From: Minisyncoccota bacterium
GTDB lineage: Bacteria > Patescibacteriota > Minisyncoccia > Phycocordibacterales > UBA9973
Assembly (NCBI GenBank): GCA_041662525.1
Contig: JBAZSF010000002.1
Location: forward strand, 90,196-154,195
Length of the DNA: 64,000 nucleotides
Direction of reading: 5' to 3'
Numbering within the stretch: the stretch's first letter is position 1; each line of letters opens with the position of its first letter. A program made the translations under genes and the position numbers. Shown here one piece after another: positions 9,800 to 19,263 of this stretch. Below the pieces are notes generated by a model, which saw nothing but the letters and a program-made list of their open reading frames with translations, was not told the origin of the DNA and did not search any database.

Positions 9800-10966
9800 A
9801 TGAAAATTTCTTTTTTAAAAATCTTTTTTGTTTTAATGTTTGGAATCTTTTGTTTTTCTCCTTTGATGGTTTCAGCAAGTTCTACAGACAGCATGTCTGG
9901 TTGGGCTTGGTCGTCAAATATCGGCTGGATTAGTTTTAATTGTACGAATGATAGCAGTTGCGCGACTTCAGACTATGGTGTAAATAAAAATGCCGATGGC
10001 ACTCTCACAGGCTATGCTTGGTCATCAAATATCGGCTGGATAAAATTTGGTGGATTTATTATTTCTGATTTTCCAACAAACGGGACTGGAACACAACAAA
10101 TAAATGCAAAGATAAATGGTAATAATTTGCAAGGTTGGGCAAAAGCTCTGTCTGGAGGAGATGGTAGTAGTGGTTGGGATGGATGGATTTCTTTTTCAGG
10201 CACTACTCCAAATTATGGAGTGAGTCTAACTGGTGATAATTTTTCTGGGTATGCTTGGGGAAGTGAAGTAGTGGGTTGGGTTGATTTTAGTGGGGTGATC
10301 ATTGGTGCTGCTGTGCCTGCGATGTCTGGTACCCTGACTCCAGCAATTTCTTCTTGTATCATTGCATCAGGAACCAGTAGTTGTCCCATAAATCTATCTT
10401 GGAGTATTATAAATCCTGTTGGAACTCCGACTGCTATCACAGCTTCTGGAATGACTAATGTAAATGTAACAAATACTTTAACTACCCCTCAGTCAGGTGG
10501 TCCTACAGCTTTTACTGTTCCTTGGGGAGGTAGAACATTTTATCTCTATAACAATGGGATTTTGCTTGCTGAAAGTGTTGTTTCTGCGTCTTCTGTGACT
10601 TGCGCAATAGGAACTAGTTGGAATGGAACAATATGTACAGCGACACTTGTAAATGGTTCTTGTTCTTCTCCGGCTACTCACTATACTTGTAACTCAGGGA
10701 CAAGTGAGAATAATTTAGATAATGGTTCTGTTTACACTTGGGATTGTATGGGTTCTAATGGTGGAATGGATGAATTAGGGTGTTCTGAAGACAAGTCTTT
10801 TTCTGGAGTCGGATGTTCTTCTCCAATGATACATTATAAATGTGCTGATAATAGTGATGGCGCAAATCAAAAAGCTAGCCCTTCTAAGTGGACGTGGACT
10901 TGTGGAAATGGGTTTGCGACTTCATTTTGTTCAGAAAAGAAAAGTCCGGGGTATATTGAAAATTAA
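9800..10966 (+). CDS. Exported Cys-rich surface protein with G[WY]AWSSNIGWI repeats
   Basis: Signal peptide from ATG 9800; four GxAW...GW repeats; Cys-rich C-terminus with W(D/T)C motifs. Confidence 0.8.
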   Translation: MKISFLKIFFVLMFGIFCFSPLMVSASSTDSMSGWAWSSNIGWISFNCTNDSSCATSDYGVNKNADGTLTGYAWSSNIGWIKFGGFIISDFPTNGTGTQQINAKINGNNLQGWAKALSGGDGSSGWDGWISFSGTTPNYGVSLTGDNFSGYAWGSEVVGWVDFSGVIIGAAVPAMSGTLTPAISSCIIASGTSSCPINLSWSIINPVGTPTAITASGMTNVNVTNTLTTPQSGGPTAFTVPWGGRTFYLYNNGILLAESVVSASSVTCAIGTSWNGTICTATLVNGSCSSPATHYTCNSGTSENNLDNGSVYTWDCMGSNGGMDELGCSEDKSFSGVGCSSPMIHYKCADNSDGANQKASPSKWTWTCGNGFATSFCSEKKSPGYIEN

Positions 10967-11052
10967 CTCTTCGAATTTACTTAGGGCAAATTAATAAAAT
11001 AAAATTAACAAAAAATTCCCTTATTAGGGAATTTTTTGTTATAATACAAGTA

Positions 11053-12837
11053 ATGCAAATCAATGAAGAACAGTTAAAGAAATTTATTTTAGACGAAGGA
11101 CTAGCGTCTAAAACGGACATAGAGGATGCATTTAAAAAAGCCGAAACTAAAAAGCAAAAAATCGGTGATGTTTTATTTTCAGAGGGGAAAATATCTGAAA
11201 CAGATTTAAAACGCATAGAAGCTTTTGTTTTAGGAATACCATTCGTTAGTTTAAACAATCAGAAAATAGATTTTTCTGTACTTTCTTTTGTTCCTGAACC
11301 AATTGCGCGTAACTATAATATTGTTGCTTATAAAAAAAGTGAAAATAGTTTAGAGGTGGCAATGCTTGATGTCGATGACCTGCCGGTAATCGATTTTATT
11401 AAAAAACGCTCTGGTTTAAAAATCTTACCTCGATTAACAGACACAGCTTCTATCAGGTCTGTTTTGGTTCAATATCGACAAAGTTTAGCATCTGAATTTC
11501 AAGATATTATTCAAAAAGAAACTGCCACCTTTAATGCTTCAGGAGGAGAGGACAGCGAAAATTCTATTGAAAAATCTTCAGAAAAAACTGGTGAAAAGTC
11601 TGAATTGGAATTAAAAAAAATGGCGGAAGATCTGCCTGTGGTAAAAATAGTTGATTCTTTGATTTTTCACGCAATTTTACAAAATGCATCTGATATTCAC
11701 ATTGAGCCCGGAGAACGTGAACTCACTGTGCGTTATAGGATAGACGGTATTTTGCATGATGCCATGGTCTTGGAGAAAAATGCTGGTTCGGGGATAACGG
11801 CACGCATAAAAGTATTGTCTAATTTAAAATTAGATGAAAAAAGATTACCCCAAGATGGTAGATTTAAAATAGAACAAAATGGAGAAAAAATTTCTTTTCG
11901 TGTTTCCACTTTGCCTACTTTTTTTGGAGAAAAGACAGTGATTAGAATTTTAAAAGAAAATACCCATGGTTTTTCTTTGGAGGTACTTGGTTTTCATGGT
12001 GAAGGATTGGAGCGAATACATAATTCATTAAAACAAAAAACGGGCATGGTGCTAGCTACTGGTCCGACTGGAAGCGGGAAAACGACTACTCTTTACACCA
12101 TGCTTGATATTTTAAATAGGCCTGAAGTCAATATTTCAACAGTAGAAGATCCTATCGAATATCAAATGCCGAGAGTTAACCAAACACAAGTCAAACCAGA
12201 GATTGGCCTAACTTTTGCCAATGGGCTTCGTTCATTATTACGTCAAGATCCAGATATAGTGATGGTAGGAGAAATTCGTGATGGAGAAACAGCCGGACTA
12301 GCAATCAATGCTTCTCTTACCGGTCACTTGGTTCTTTCTACTATTCATACTAATTCGGCCTCTGGCGCGATCCCTAGACTGATAGACATGGGAGTTGAGC
12401 CTTTTTTGATAACGGCAACAGTGAAGACAATCATTGCACAAAGATTGGTGCGCAAACTTACAGCCAATAAAGAAAAATATTTCTTGTCTTCTGCAGAGAT
12501 AGAGAATCTAGAAAAGATCGTTGATTTGGATAGAGTGCTCACTTTTTTAAAAATTGAAAACATTGTAAACGAAAAAGACACTTGGGATAAGATTCCTTTT
12601 TATAAAGCAGTAAAGAGCACCGAATTTGAAGATGGATATTCGGGTCGTGCTGGGATGCATGAAGTATTAAAAATCACACCTACCATCAAAGAAATGATTG
12701 TTAAAGGAAGCTCTCAGGATGATATAGAGGCACAAGCTAAAAAAGAAGGGATGATGACAATGATTGAAGATGGAGTTTTCCAAGCAGTCCTTGGTGTGAC
12801 TACATTAGAAGAAGTGTTTCGAGTTGTTTCGGAATAG
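11053..12837 (+). CDS. pilB: Type IV pilus assembly ATPase (PilB/GspE)
   Basis: ASDIHIEP, RLPQDGR, GPTGSGKTTTLY, LRQDPDIVMVGEIRD, TGHLVLSTIHTN. Confidence 0.93.
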   Translation: MQINEEQLKKFILDEGLASKTDIEDAFKKAETKKQKIGDVLFSEGKISETDLKRIEAFVLGIPFVSLNNQKIDFSVLSFVPEPIARNYNIVAYKKSENSLEVAMLDVDDLPVIDFIKKRSGLKILPRLTDTASIRSVLVQYRQSLASEFQDIIQKETATFNASGGEDSENSIEKSSEKTGEKSELELKKMAEDLPVVKIVDSLIFHAILQNASDIHIEPGERELTVRYRIDGILHDAMVLEKNAGSGITARIKVLSNLKLDEKRLPQDGRFKIEQNGEKISFRVSTLPTFFGEKTVIRILKENTHGFSLEVLGFHGEGLERIHNSLKQKTGMVLATGPTGSGKTTTLYTMLDILNRPEVNISTVEDPIEYQMPRVNQTQVKPEIGLTFANGLRSLLRQDPDIVMVGEIRDGETAGLAINASLTGHLVLSTIHTNSASGAIPRLIDMGVEPFLITATVKTIIAQRLVRKLTANKEKYFLSSAEIENLEKIVDLDRVLTFLKIENIVNEKDTWDKIPFYKAVKSTEFEDGYSGRAGMHEVLKITPTIKEMIVKGSSQDDIEAQAKKEGMMTMIEDGVFQAVLGVTTLEEVFRVVSE

Positions 12838-12842
12838 GATTA

Positions 12843-12949
12843 AAATTATAAATAAAACTTTTTTCGGTACGGATTTTTTGAAGCTTAAAAAATCCTGAAG
12901 TTCTTGGCTCGTCAGCCTCGAAACCCCTTCAAAAGTTTATTTTTAATTT
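12843..12949 (+). repeat. Dispersed structured element, family A copy 1
   Basis: Core GTACGGATTTTTTGAAGCTTAAAAAATCCTGAAGTTCTTGGCTCGTCAGCCTCGAAACCC matches the reverse complement of ~47253-47313; AT-rich inverted arms. Confidence 0.85.
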
Positions 12950-12965
12950 ATAAATTAAAAATATT

Positions 12966-14183
12966 ATGCTTTTTTCATACAGCGCAAAATTAAAAACAGG
13001 GGAGATGCTCGAAGGTATTCTGGATGCCACTGATCGATATGCTCTCTCTAGAGAGTTGCGTTTTCGTGGCTATGTTCCATTGTCAATAACAGAAAAAAAA
13101 GAAAGTTTTGTTAATAAATTTTTAACATTATCTAATGTTTTTGTAAAAGTGAAGATCGGAGAAAAAATTATTTTGACTAAAAATTTAAGTGGAATGATTA
13201 AAGCCGGACTCTCACTTTCTAGAGCCTTGTCAGTTTTAAAAAAGCAAACAAAAAATTCTAAACTCAGTATAATATTAACTTCTATAACAAATGATATAGA
13301 TTCTGGAGAAACTTTTTCCTTTGCGCTCTCAAAGTTTCCTGATGTTTTTTCAAAACTTTTTATTTCAATGACTCGCGCTGGAGAAGAGTCTGGCAACCTT
13401 GCTGGAGCACTAACTGACATTGGATTAAATCTGGAAAAGTCTAATTCTTTAAATAAGAAAATAAAAGGAGCGCTTATTTATCCTGGAGTAATAATGTCGG
13501 CAATGGTCGTCATTGGTGTTTTGATGTTTGCTTTCGTGGTACCAACTTTAGCAAACACCTTCAAAGAGCTTGGTGTTAAATTACCCCTATCTACTCAAAT
13601 TATTATTTTTATTGGTAATTTTTTCTCTCATAATTTAATACTAACTTTTATAATCATATTTTGTGCAGCCTTTTGTCTCTTTTCTATTTTTCGCGCTAAA
13701 TTTATGGCGCCGTATATTGATTTTATTATTATGAAAATCCCAGTCGTTAATAATCTAACAAGAGAATTGAATACTGCTCGTACTGCGCGTACTGTTTCAT
13801 CACTTTTGTCTTCTGGTGTTTCTTTAACACGAGCGATTGAAATAACTGAAGATGTAGTACAAAATATTTATTATAAAAAAGTTTTAAATGAAGCGAAATT
13901 GAATATAGAAAAAGGAGAACCATTTTCTAAAGCATTTGAGGCTCATCTTAATTTATACCCTGTAATGATGTCAGAGATGATCCAGGTAGGAGAAGAAACA
14001 GGAAAATTGTCTGATATGTTGCTGGAGATTGCTTTATTTTATGAAGGAGAGGTAGAAAATAAAACCAAAAATCTTTCTACTATTATTGAGCCAGTACTTA
14101 TGATTTTTATTGGGTCGGCGGTAGGATTTTTTGCTATCTCTATGATTTCTCCAATGTATTCAATTTTAGGTAGCATAAATTAA
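12966..14183 (+). CDS. pilC: Type IV pilus platform protein (PilC/GspF)
   Basis: AGEESGNL, KIKGALIYP, VGEETGKL, IIEP motifs. Confidence 0.92.
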   Translation: MLFSYSAKLKTGEMLEGILDATDRYALSRELRFRGYVPLSITEKKESFVNKFLTLSNVFVKVKIGEKIILTKNLSGMIKAGLSLSRALSVLKKQTKNSKLSIILTSITNDIDSGETFSFALSKFPDVFSKLFISMTRAGEESGNLAGALTDIGLNLEKSNSLNKKIKGALIYPGVIMSAMVVIGVLMFAFVVPTLANTFKELGVKLPLSTQIIIFIGNFFSHNLILTFIIIFCAAFCLFSIFRAKFMAPYIDFIIMKIPVVNNLTRELNTARTARTVSSLLSSGVSLTRAIEITEDVVQNIYYKKVLNEAKLNIEKGEPFSKAFEAHLNLYPVMMSEMIQVGEETGKLSDMLLEIALFYEGEVENKTKNLSTIIEPVLMIFIGSAVGFFAISMISPMYSILGSIN

Positions 14184-14674
14184 TGTCAATGATAAATTTT
14201 TTTAAAATCAAAAAAGCCTGCCCGCCAATGAGGCAGGGAATATCGGTGATAGAAATGTTAATTGTGATTACTGTGCTCGGCATCATCTTTTCAATTGTTA
14301 TTCCACAATTTTCAAAATCAAGAGAGATGCAAGTACTTAGAAGTGGAGTGGCTGATATCTTGTCTTCTATGGATAAGGCCCGCGGGGAAACACTTTCATC
14401 CTTTAATTCATCTTCTTATGGAGTGCATTTTCAATCTGATAAGATTATAATTTTTAAAGGCACAGTTTTTTCCGCTTTGGATGTGAATAACGAAACAATA
14501 AATATTGTAACACCAGCAAGTATTTCTAATATTGCATTAGTTGGCGGAGGAAGTGATTTTTATTTTAATCGTCTTTCAGGCTCGCCAAGTACCACTGGCA
14601 TGGTAACAATTTCTACCCCTTCTTATTCAAAAACAATTACAATTTATGCTACTGGAGTTATTAGTTCAAATTAA
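14183..14674 (+). CDS. Minor type IV pilin (FimT/FimU-like)
   Basis: Class III signal QG|ISVIEMLIVI. Confidence 0.8.
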   Translation: MSMINFFKIKKACPPMRQGISVIEMLIVITVLGIIFSIVIPQFSKSREMQVLRSGVADILSSMDKARGETLSSFNSSSYGVHFQSDKIIIFKGTVFSALDVNNETINIVTPASISNIALVGGGSDFYFNRLSGSPSTTGMVTISTPSYSKTITIYATGVISSN

Positions 14675-14677
14675 ATA

Positions 14678-15154
14678 ATGAAAAAAATTATTAAAAACAG
14701 AGGGTTTGTGGTGGTGGAAGTGCTAGTAGCTGCTTCTATTATCACTGTTTCTATTTTATCTGCCATGATGGTTGCTCAAAAGTCTATTTATGTTTCTCGT
14801 CAAGCTTTTCATACAACTCAGGCAGGATTCTTATTAGAAGAAGGGGCAGAAGCGGTTCGAATACTTCGAGATAATGCCTGGAGTAATATTTCTAGTTTAA
14901 CTATTGGCACAAATTATTACCCGACTTTTTCTTCAAATACTTGGATTTTATCGCCCACAGCTAGCATTATAGGAATTTTTACTCGTACAGTCGTTATTGC
15001 AAACGTGAATCGTGACAATACCACTAAAGATATTTCTATTGTTGGTGCCGATGATCCTGGCACAAAATTAATTACAGTGACTGTGTCTTGGATGGAAGGA
15101 GGAGCAACAATTACTAAAACTTTACAATTTTATATATCTGATATATTTTCATGA
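14678..15154 (+). CDS. Minor type IV pilin (PilV-like)
   Basis: RG|FVVVEVLVA. Confidence 0.8.
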   Translation: MKKIIKNRGFVVVEVLVAASIITVSILSAMMVAQKSIYVSRQAFHTTQAGFLLEEGAEAVRILRDNAWSNISSLTIGTNYYPTFSSNTWILSPTASIIGIFTRTVVIANVNRDNTTKDISIVGADDPGTKLITVTVSWMEGGATITKTLQFYISDIFS

Positions 15155-15198
15155 CCCATTCGATAAAAACTCAGGGTCATAGTGAGCGAAGTAGAACT

Positions 15199-15669
15199 AT
15201 GATAAAAATTAATAAACAGAAAAATGGTTATGCTGTTCTAGAACTACTTTTTTATATTGCCTTTTTTACTGTTCTTTCCTCAGTAGTAATTAATGCGATG
15301 ATTACAATGACTAGATCATTTAAGGAAACCACAATACAGGCGGAGCTGGTGCAAAGTGGAAATATAATAGAAAGAATGTCTCGGGAAATCAGGCAAGCCA
15401 GTGATATTACCTCAATTAGTTCTACTGATTTAAAACTAAATGCAGTAGAATTTAAACTTTCAGGTTCAGATATTCAACTTTTTGAAAATGATATTTTTGT
15501 TGGGAATTTAAACACACCAAATATTATAGTGACTGCTCTTGCTTTTACCCAAATAACTACAGCAAAAGGTAAAGCTGTTAAAATAGAATTAACCTTAAAA
15601 TCAGCCAACGACACATCAGACAATACTAAAGATTTTTATGACACAATTGTATTAAGGGGTAATTATTAA
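15199..15669 (+). CDS. Minor type IV pilin (PilW-like)
   Basis: NG|YAVLELLFYI; ERMSREIRQA; start placed at 15199, after a palindromic element. Confidence 0.78.
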   Translation: MIKINKQKNGYAVLELLFYIAFFTVLSSVVINAMITMTRSFKETTIQAELVQSGNIIERMSREIRQASDITSISSTDLKLNAVEFKLSGSDIQLFENDIFVGNLNTPNIIVTALAFTQITTAKGKAVKIELTLKSANDTSDNTKDFYDTIVLRGNY

Positions 15670-15671
15670 TA

Positions 15672-16937
15672 ATGAAAAAAGATTTCAAAAAAATTAAGAA
15701 GAATAGTGGTGCAGCGATGTTGATATCTGTAATTTTCTTCCTTTTTATTTCTTTGGCAATAATTTCAGGACTGGTAGGGGGAACGGTGCGGGAATTTAAA
15801 ATAGCTAATGATTTAATAAAGTCTCGCCAGAGTTTATTTTTATCTGAATCTTCTATGGAAGATGCGTATTTTCGTCTCAAAACTGCTAAAACCATAGGAT
15901 CCAGTGAAACTATTGCTTTGGGAGGTAATTCAGCTACGTCTACAATAACAGATTCTGGTTACAATGAAAAAACTATTTCTTCTTTAGGTGATGTTAATTC
16001 TCGTCAAAGAAAAAATAAACTTATATTAAATACTGGTGCGGGAGTTTCTTTTAGTTATGGTATTCAGTCTGGTATAGGTGGGTTTGTTATTGGTAATGCG
16101 ATAGTGCATGGTAATGTTTATTCAAACGGGACCATTGCAGGATCTAATGGTGCTACTATTACAGGTTCTGCTTTTTCGGCTGGACCTTCTGGTTCTATTA
16201 ATAATGTAGATATTGGGCAGGATGGCGCAGGAGATGCTAGAGCTAATACTGTTTCTAATTCTACAATTGCCGGTAATCTTTATTGTCAAACTGGAATGAG
16301 TAATGGTGGTAAAAGTTGTGATACAGGAGAACCCAACCCAAGTATAATTGATATGCCTATTACTCAATCTATGATCGATAAATGGAAAGCTGATGCTGAA
16401 TTAGGGGAACCTGCTATTGTTGGTAATTTAACAATATCATCCCCAAGAACACTGGGACCCCAAAAAATTACTGGTGATTTAGATATCAATGCCAATCTTA
16501 CTATTACTGGAACTATTTATGTGATGGGCAATATTACTACTTCTAACGGCGCTCAAATTTCTTTAAGTAGTTCTTATGGTTCCACTGGTGGCATCATTGT
16601 TTCAGACGGACGAGTAGTCTTATCCAATAATGTTGAGTTTTTTGGTTCTGGTAGTGAGGGTAGTTATATCTTATTAACAACGACGAGTATTTGTCCCATT
16701 GGATGTTCTGGATTGAATGCTATAGAGATTTTAAATAATGTTGGTGCTATACTTGTAAATGCTCAGAATGGAACAGCTCATCTTAATAATAATGTTGAAT
16801 TAAATGAAGTGGTGGGGAATAAGATTATTGTAGATAATGGTGCAGAAATTCGTTATCTTTCAGGTCTTGCAAACTCTAATTTTTCTTCTGGTCCATCTGG
16901 TGGTTGGAATATAAAAAGTTGGGAAGAGGTGCAATAA
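15672..16937 (+). CDS. PilX-like minor pilin with extended beta-rich domain
   Basis: SG|AAMLISVIF lacking Glu5; C-terminal WEE. Confidence 0.75.
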   Translation: MKKDFKKIKKNSGAAMLISVIFFLFISLAIISGLVGGTVREFKIANDLIKSRQSLFLSESSMEDAYFRLKTAKTIGSSETIALGGNSATSTITDSGYNEKTISSLGDVNSRQRKNKLILNTGAGVSFSYGIQSGIGGFVIGNAIVHGNVYSNGTIAGSNGATITGSAFSAGPSGSINNVDIGQDGAGDARANTVSNSTIAGNLYCQTGMSNGGKSCDTGEPNPSIIDMPITQSMIDKWKADAELGEPAIVGNLTISSPRTLGPQKITGDLDINANLTITGTIYVMGNITTSNGAQISLSSSYGSTGGIIVSDGRVVLSNNVEFFGSGSEGSYILLTTTSICPIGCSGLNAIEILNNVGAILVNAQNGTAHLNNNVELNEVVGNKIIVDNGAEIRYLSGLANSNFSSGPSGGWNIKSWEEVQ

Positions 16938-16959
16938 ATTGTGTTATACTTTGTAAATT

Positions 16960-17742
16960 ATGCAAAATAAAAAAATAATTGTTGGTAATTGGAAAATGAA
17001 CCCACCTACTTCTAAAGAAGCTGAAAAGCTATTTTCTGATGTGGTAAAAGGAATTTCTGCAATAAAAAAAACAGTTAAAAAAACTGAAGTGGTGATTTGC
17101 CCACCTTTTATTTATCTAGAGAAATTAAAAAAAATTAGAACTACTAAAATAAATTTAGGCGCACAGAATGCTTTTGAAGGTGAAGTAGGTGCATTTACTG
17201 GAGAAGTTTCGCCTTATATGCTGTCTAGTATTGGTGTCAAATATGTAATATTGGGTCATTCGGAGAGACGCGCTTTTGGGGAGAGCAATAGTGACATAAA
17301 TAAAAAAATAAAATCTTCACTTGGCGCGGGGCTTAATCCGATATTGTGTGTTGGAGAAAATACTCGTGACGAGAGTCATGGTTATTTTAATTTAGTTAAA
17401 ACACAAATAGAAGAATGCTTGGCGGGAGTTTCTAGAAACTCAATTTTAAAAATTATCATTGCTTATGAACCAGTTTGGGCGCTCTCTAGTACTGTTAATC
17501 GCAAGGACGCCACCGCTTTTGATTCTAGAGAAATGACTCTTTTTATTCGCAAAATTCTTTCTGATAAATTTGGTAAAGATGCAGCCATAATGAGGATTAT
17601 TTATGGTGGTTCTGCTAATGAAAAAGATGCGGAAGATTTTCTCAAAAATGGAGGAGTAGACGGGTTACTCCCTGGTCGTGCTAGTTTGAATGCAAAAAAG
17701 TTTATAGAAATTGTAAAAATATGCGAAGCATCAAGTCAATAA
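16960..17742 (+). CDS. tpiA: Triosephosphate isomerase
   Basis: GNWKMN, GAFTGEVS, GHSERR, AYEPVWA. Confidence 0.96.
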   Translation: MQNKKIIVGNWKMNPPTSKEAEKLFSDVVKGISAIKKTVKKTEVVICPPFIYLEKLKKIRTTKINLGAQNAFEGEVGAFTGEVSPYMLSSIGVKYVILGHSERRAFGESNSDINKKIKSSLGAGLNPILCVGENTRDESHGYFNLVKTQIEECLAGVSRNSILKIIIAYEPVWALSSTVNRKDATAFDSREMTLFIRKILSDKFGKDAAIMRIIYGGSANEKDAEDFLKNGGVDGLLPGRASLNAKKFIEIVKICEASSQ

Positions 17743-18764
17743 AAAACCTGCCTCGACTAGGCAAGGCGGGTTTAAAAGGGAAGAGGGTGATACTGCGCGT
17801 TGATTTTAATGTGCCTATTAAAAATGGGAAAGTAGAAGATGATTTTCGTATAAAAAGAGCGTTGCCGACAATTAACTTTTTGCTTAAAAAAGGCGCAAAA
17901 ATAATTTTAATCACGCATCTTGGTAAAGATGGCAAGGCAAGCTTAGAACCTGTAATAAAATATTTTTTTGCAATTTCAAAAATAGATCCAAATAAAGTTA
18001 CCTTTTTTGATAATGTTAGAAAATTTCCTGGTGAAATGAAAAATGATCCTGCTTTTGCCAAAAAACTTTCAACCATGGGGGATATTTATGTAAATGATGC
18101 TTTTTCGGTTTCTCACAGGGAACATGCTTCATTGGTAATGCTACCTAAGTATTTACCAAGTTTTGCTGGATTGGAGTTTGAGAAAGAAATAGAAAATTTA
18201 TCGCATACTTTTAAAAAACCTAAACATCCGTTTTTATTTATTTTAGGTGGGGCTAAGTTTTCTACCAAGATGCCTCTTGTAAAAAAATATTTAAAATTAG
18301 CTGACTATGTTTTTGTTGGTGGGGCCCTAGCCCATGATTTTTTGAAAGCAAAAGGTTACAAGATCGGAAAGTCTTTAATTAGTAATGATAATTATGGGAT
18401 TACAGAATTATTAAAAAATAAAAAATTGATTTTGCCTACTGATTTTGTAATGAAAGATGGAGTTATCGTGGACATTGGAGAAGAAACAGTAAAAAATTTA
18501 GCATCCTTGATAAAGAAATCAAAACTCATCCTTTGGAATGGACCACTCGGCAGATATGAAGATGGAGGCGCCGAAGCTACAAAAAAAATATTGAAATTAG
18601 TCGCGAATGCTAAGGCTGAAAGTATCGTCGGCGGAGGAGATACTGTGGCTTTAGTAGATGAAATGAACATGAGAAATAAATTTTCTTTTGTGTCTACTGG
18701 AGGCGGTGCCATGCTTGATTTTTTATCAAATGGAACCTTGCCTGGAATTAAAGCTCTGAAATAA
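17721..18764 (+). CDS. pgk: Phosphoglycerate kinase
   Basis: RVDFNVP, YVNDAF, LGGAK, WNGPLG, GGGDT, STGGGA. Confidence 0.95.
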   Translation: MRSIKSIKNLPRLGKAGLKGKRVILRVDFNVPIKNGKVEDDFRIKRALPTINFLLKKGAKIILITHLGKDGKASLEPVIKYFFAISKIDPNKVTFFDNVRKFPGEMKNDPAFAKKLSTMGDIYVNDAFSVSHREHASLVMLPKYLPSFAGLEFEKEIENLSHTFKKPKHPFLFILGGAKFSTKMPLVKKYLKLADYVFVGGALAHDFLKAKGYKIGKSLISNDNYGITELLKNKKLILPTDFVMKDGVIVDIGEETVKNLASLIKKSKLILWNGPLGRYEDGGAEATKKILKLVANAKAESIVGGGDTVALVDEMNMRNKFSFVSTGGGAMLDFLSNGTLPGIKALK

Positions 18765-19140
18765 TTTTATTAGCAGTCTCTATTGATTCTCGGTCTTTAT
18801 ATTTTTTTGTTGGGAACATCGGCAAATTATCTTTAAAATATCTCGGAATTAAGTGAACATGAAAATGCGGAACATCTTTGCCGACGATGGATAATTGTAC
18901 GTAATCGCATCCGACTCCTTTTTTAATCGCAAGCATTAATTTTTTAGCTAATTTAAAAATTTCTGAAATTGTTTCATCATCTGCGTCTTGCATCCAAACT
19001 ATGTGTTTTTTTGGAATTATTAAAAGATGCCCATCGGAGACTGGCTGGATATCTAAAAAAGATAAAAAACTTTCGTCTTCATAGATTTGGGTGCAAGGAA
19101 TTTCTTTTTTTATTATTTTGCAAAAAATGCAGTCTGTCAT
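18748..19140 (-). CDS. HIT family nucleotide hydrolase
   Basis: CIFCKI start; VPHFHVHLIPR triad. Confidence 0.93.
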   Translation of the reverse strand: MTDCIFCKIIKKEIPCTQIYEDESFLSFLDIQPVSDGHLLIIPKKHIVWMQDADDETISEIFKLAKKLMLAIKKGVGCDYVQLSIVGKDVPHFHVHLIPRYFKDNLPMFPTKKYKDRESIETANKIISEL

Positions 19141-19241
19141 ATAGAAAGTTTTATAAAATCAAAGTTTTCTCAGGTCCTCGGTTCTCCGGGTCCCTATCCC
19201 GGCCAGACCATTCAAAAACTTTATTTTATAAAACTTTCTAT
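19141..19241 (+). repeat. Dispersed structured element, family B copy 1
   Basis: Core GGTCCTCGGTTCTCCGGGTCCCTATCCCGGCCAGACC inside near-perfect ~27-bp inverted arms. Confidence 0.9.
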
Positions 19242-19263
19242 ATTGTATGCTAAAATTGCATTT

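Noticed and set aside
12866-12925. Family A core resembles a hammerhead ribozyme (CTGA...GAAA three-way junction)
   Set aside because: The core reads CUGAAGU and CUGAAAU rather than CUGANGA, and NUH spacing to stem I does not fit
19087-19263. N-terminal extension of RecJ in the ORF track, including FSQVLGSPGPYPGQTIQK
   Set aside because: It overlaps the HIT gene and merely reads through the family B element; a -10 box precedes ATG 19264
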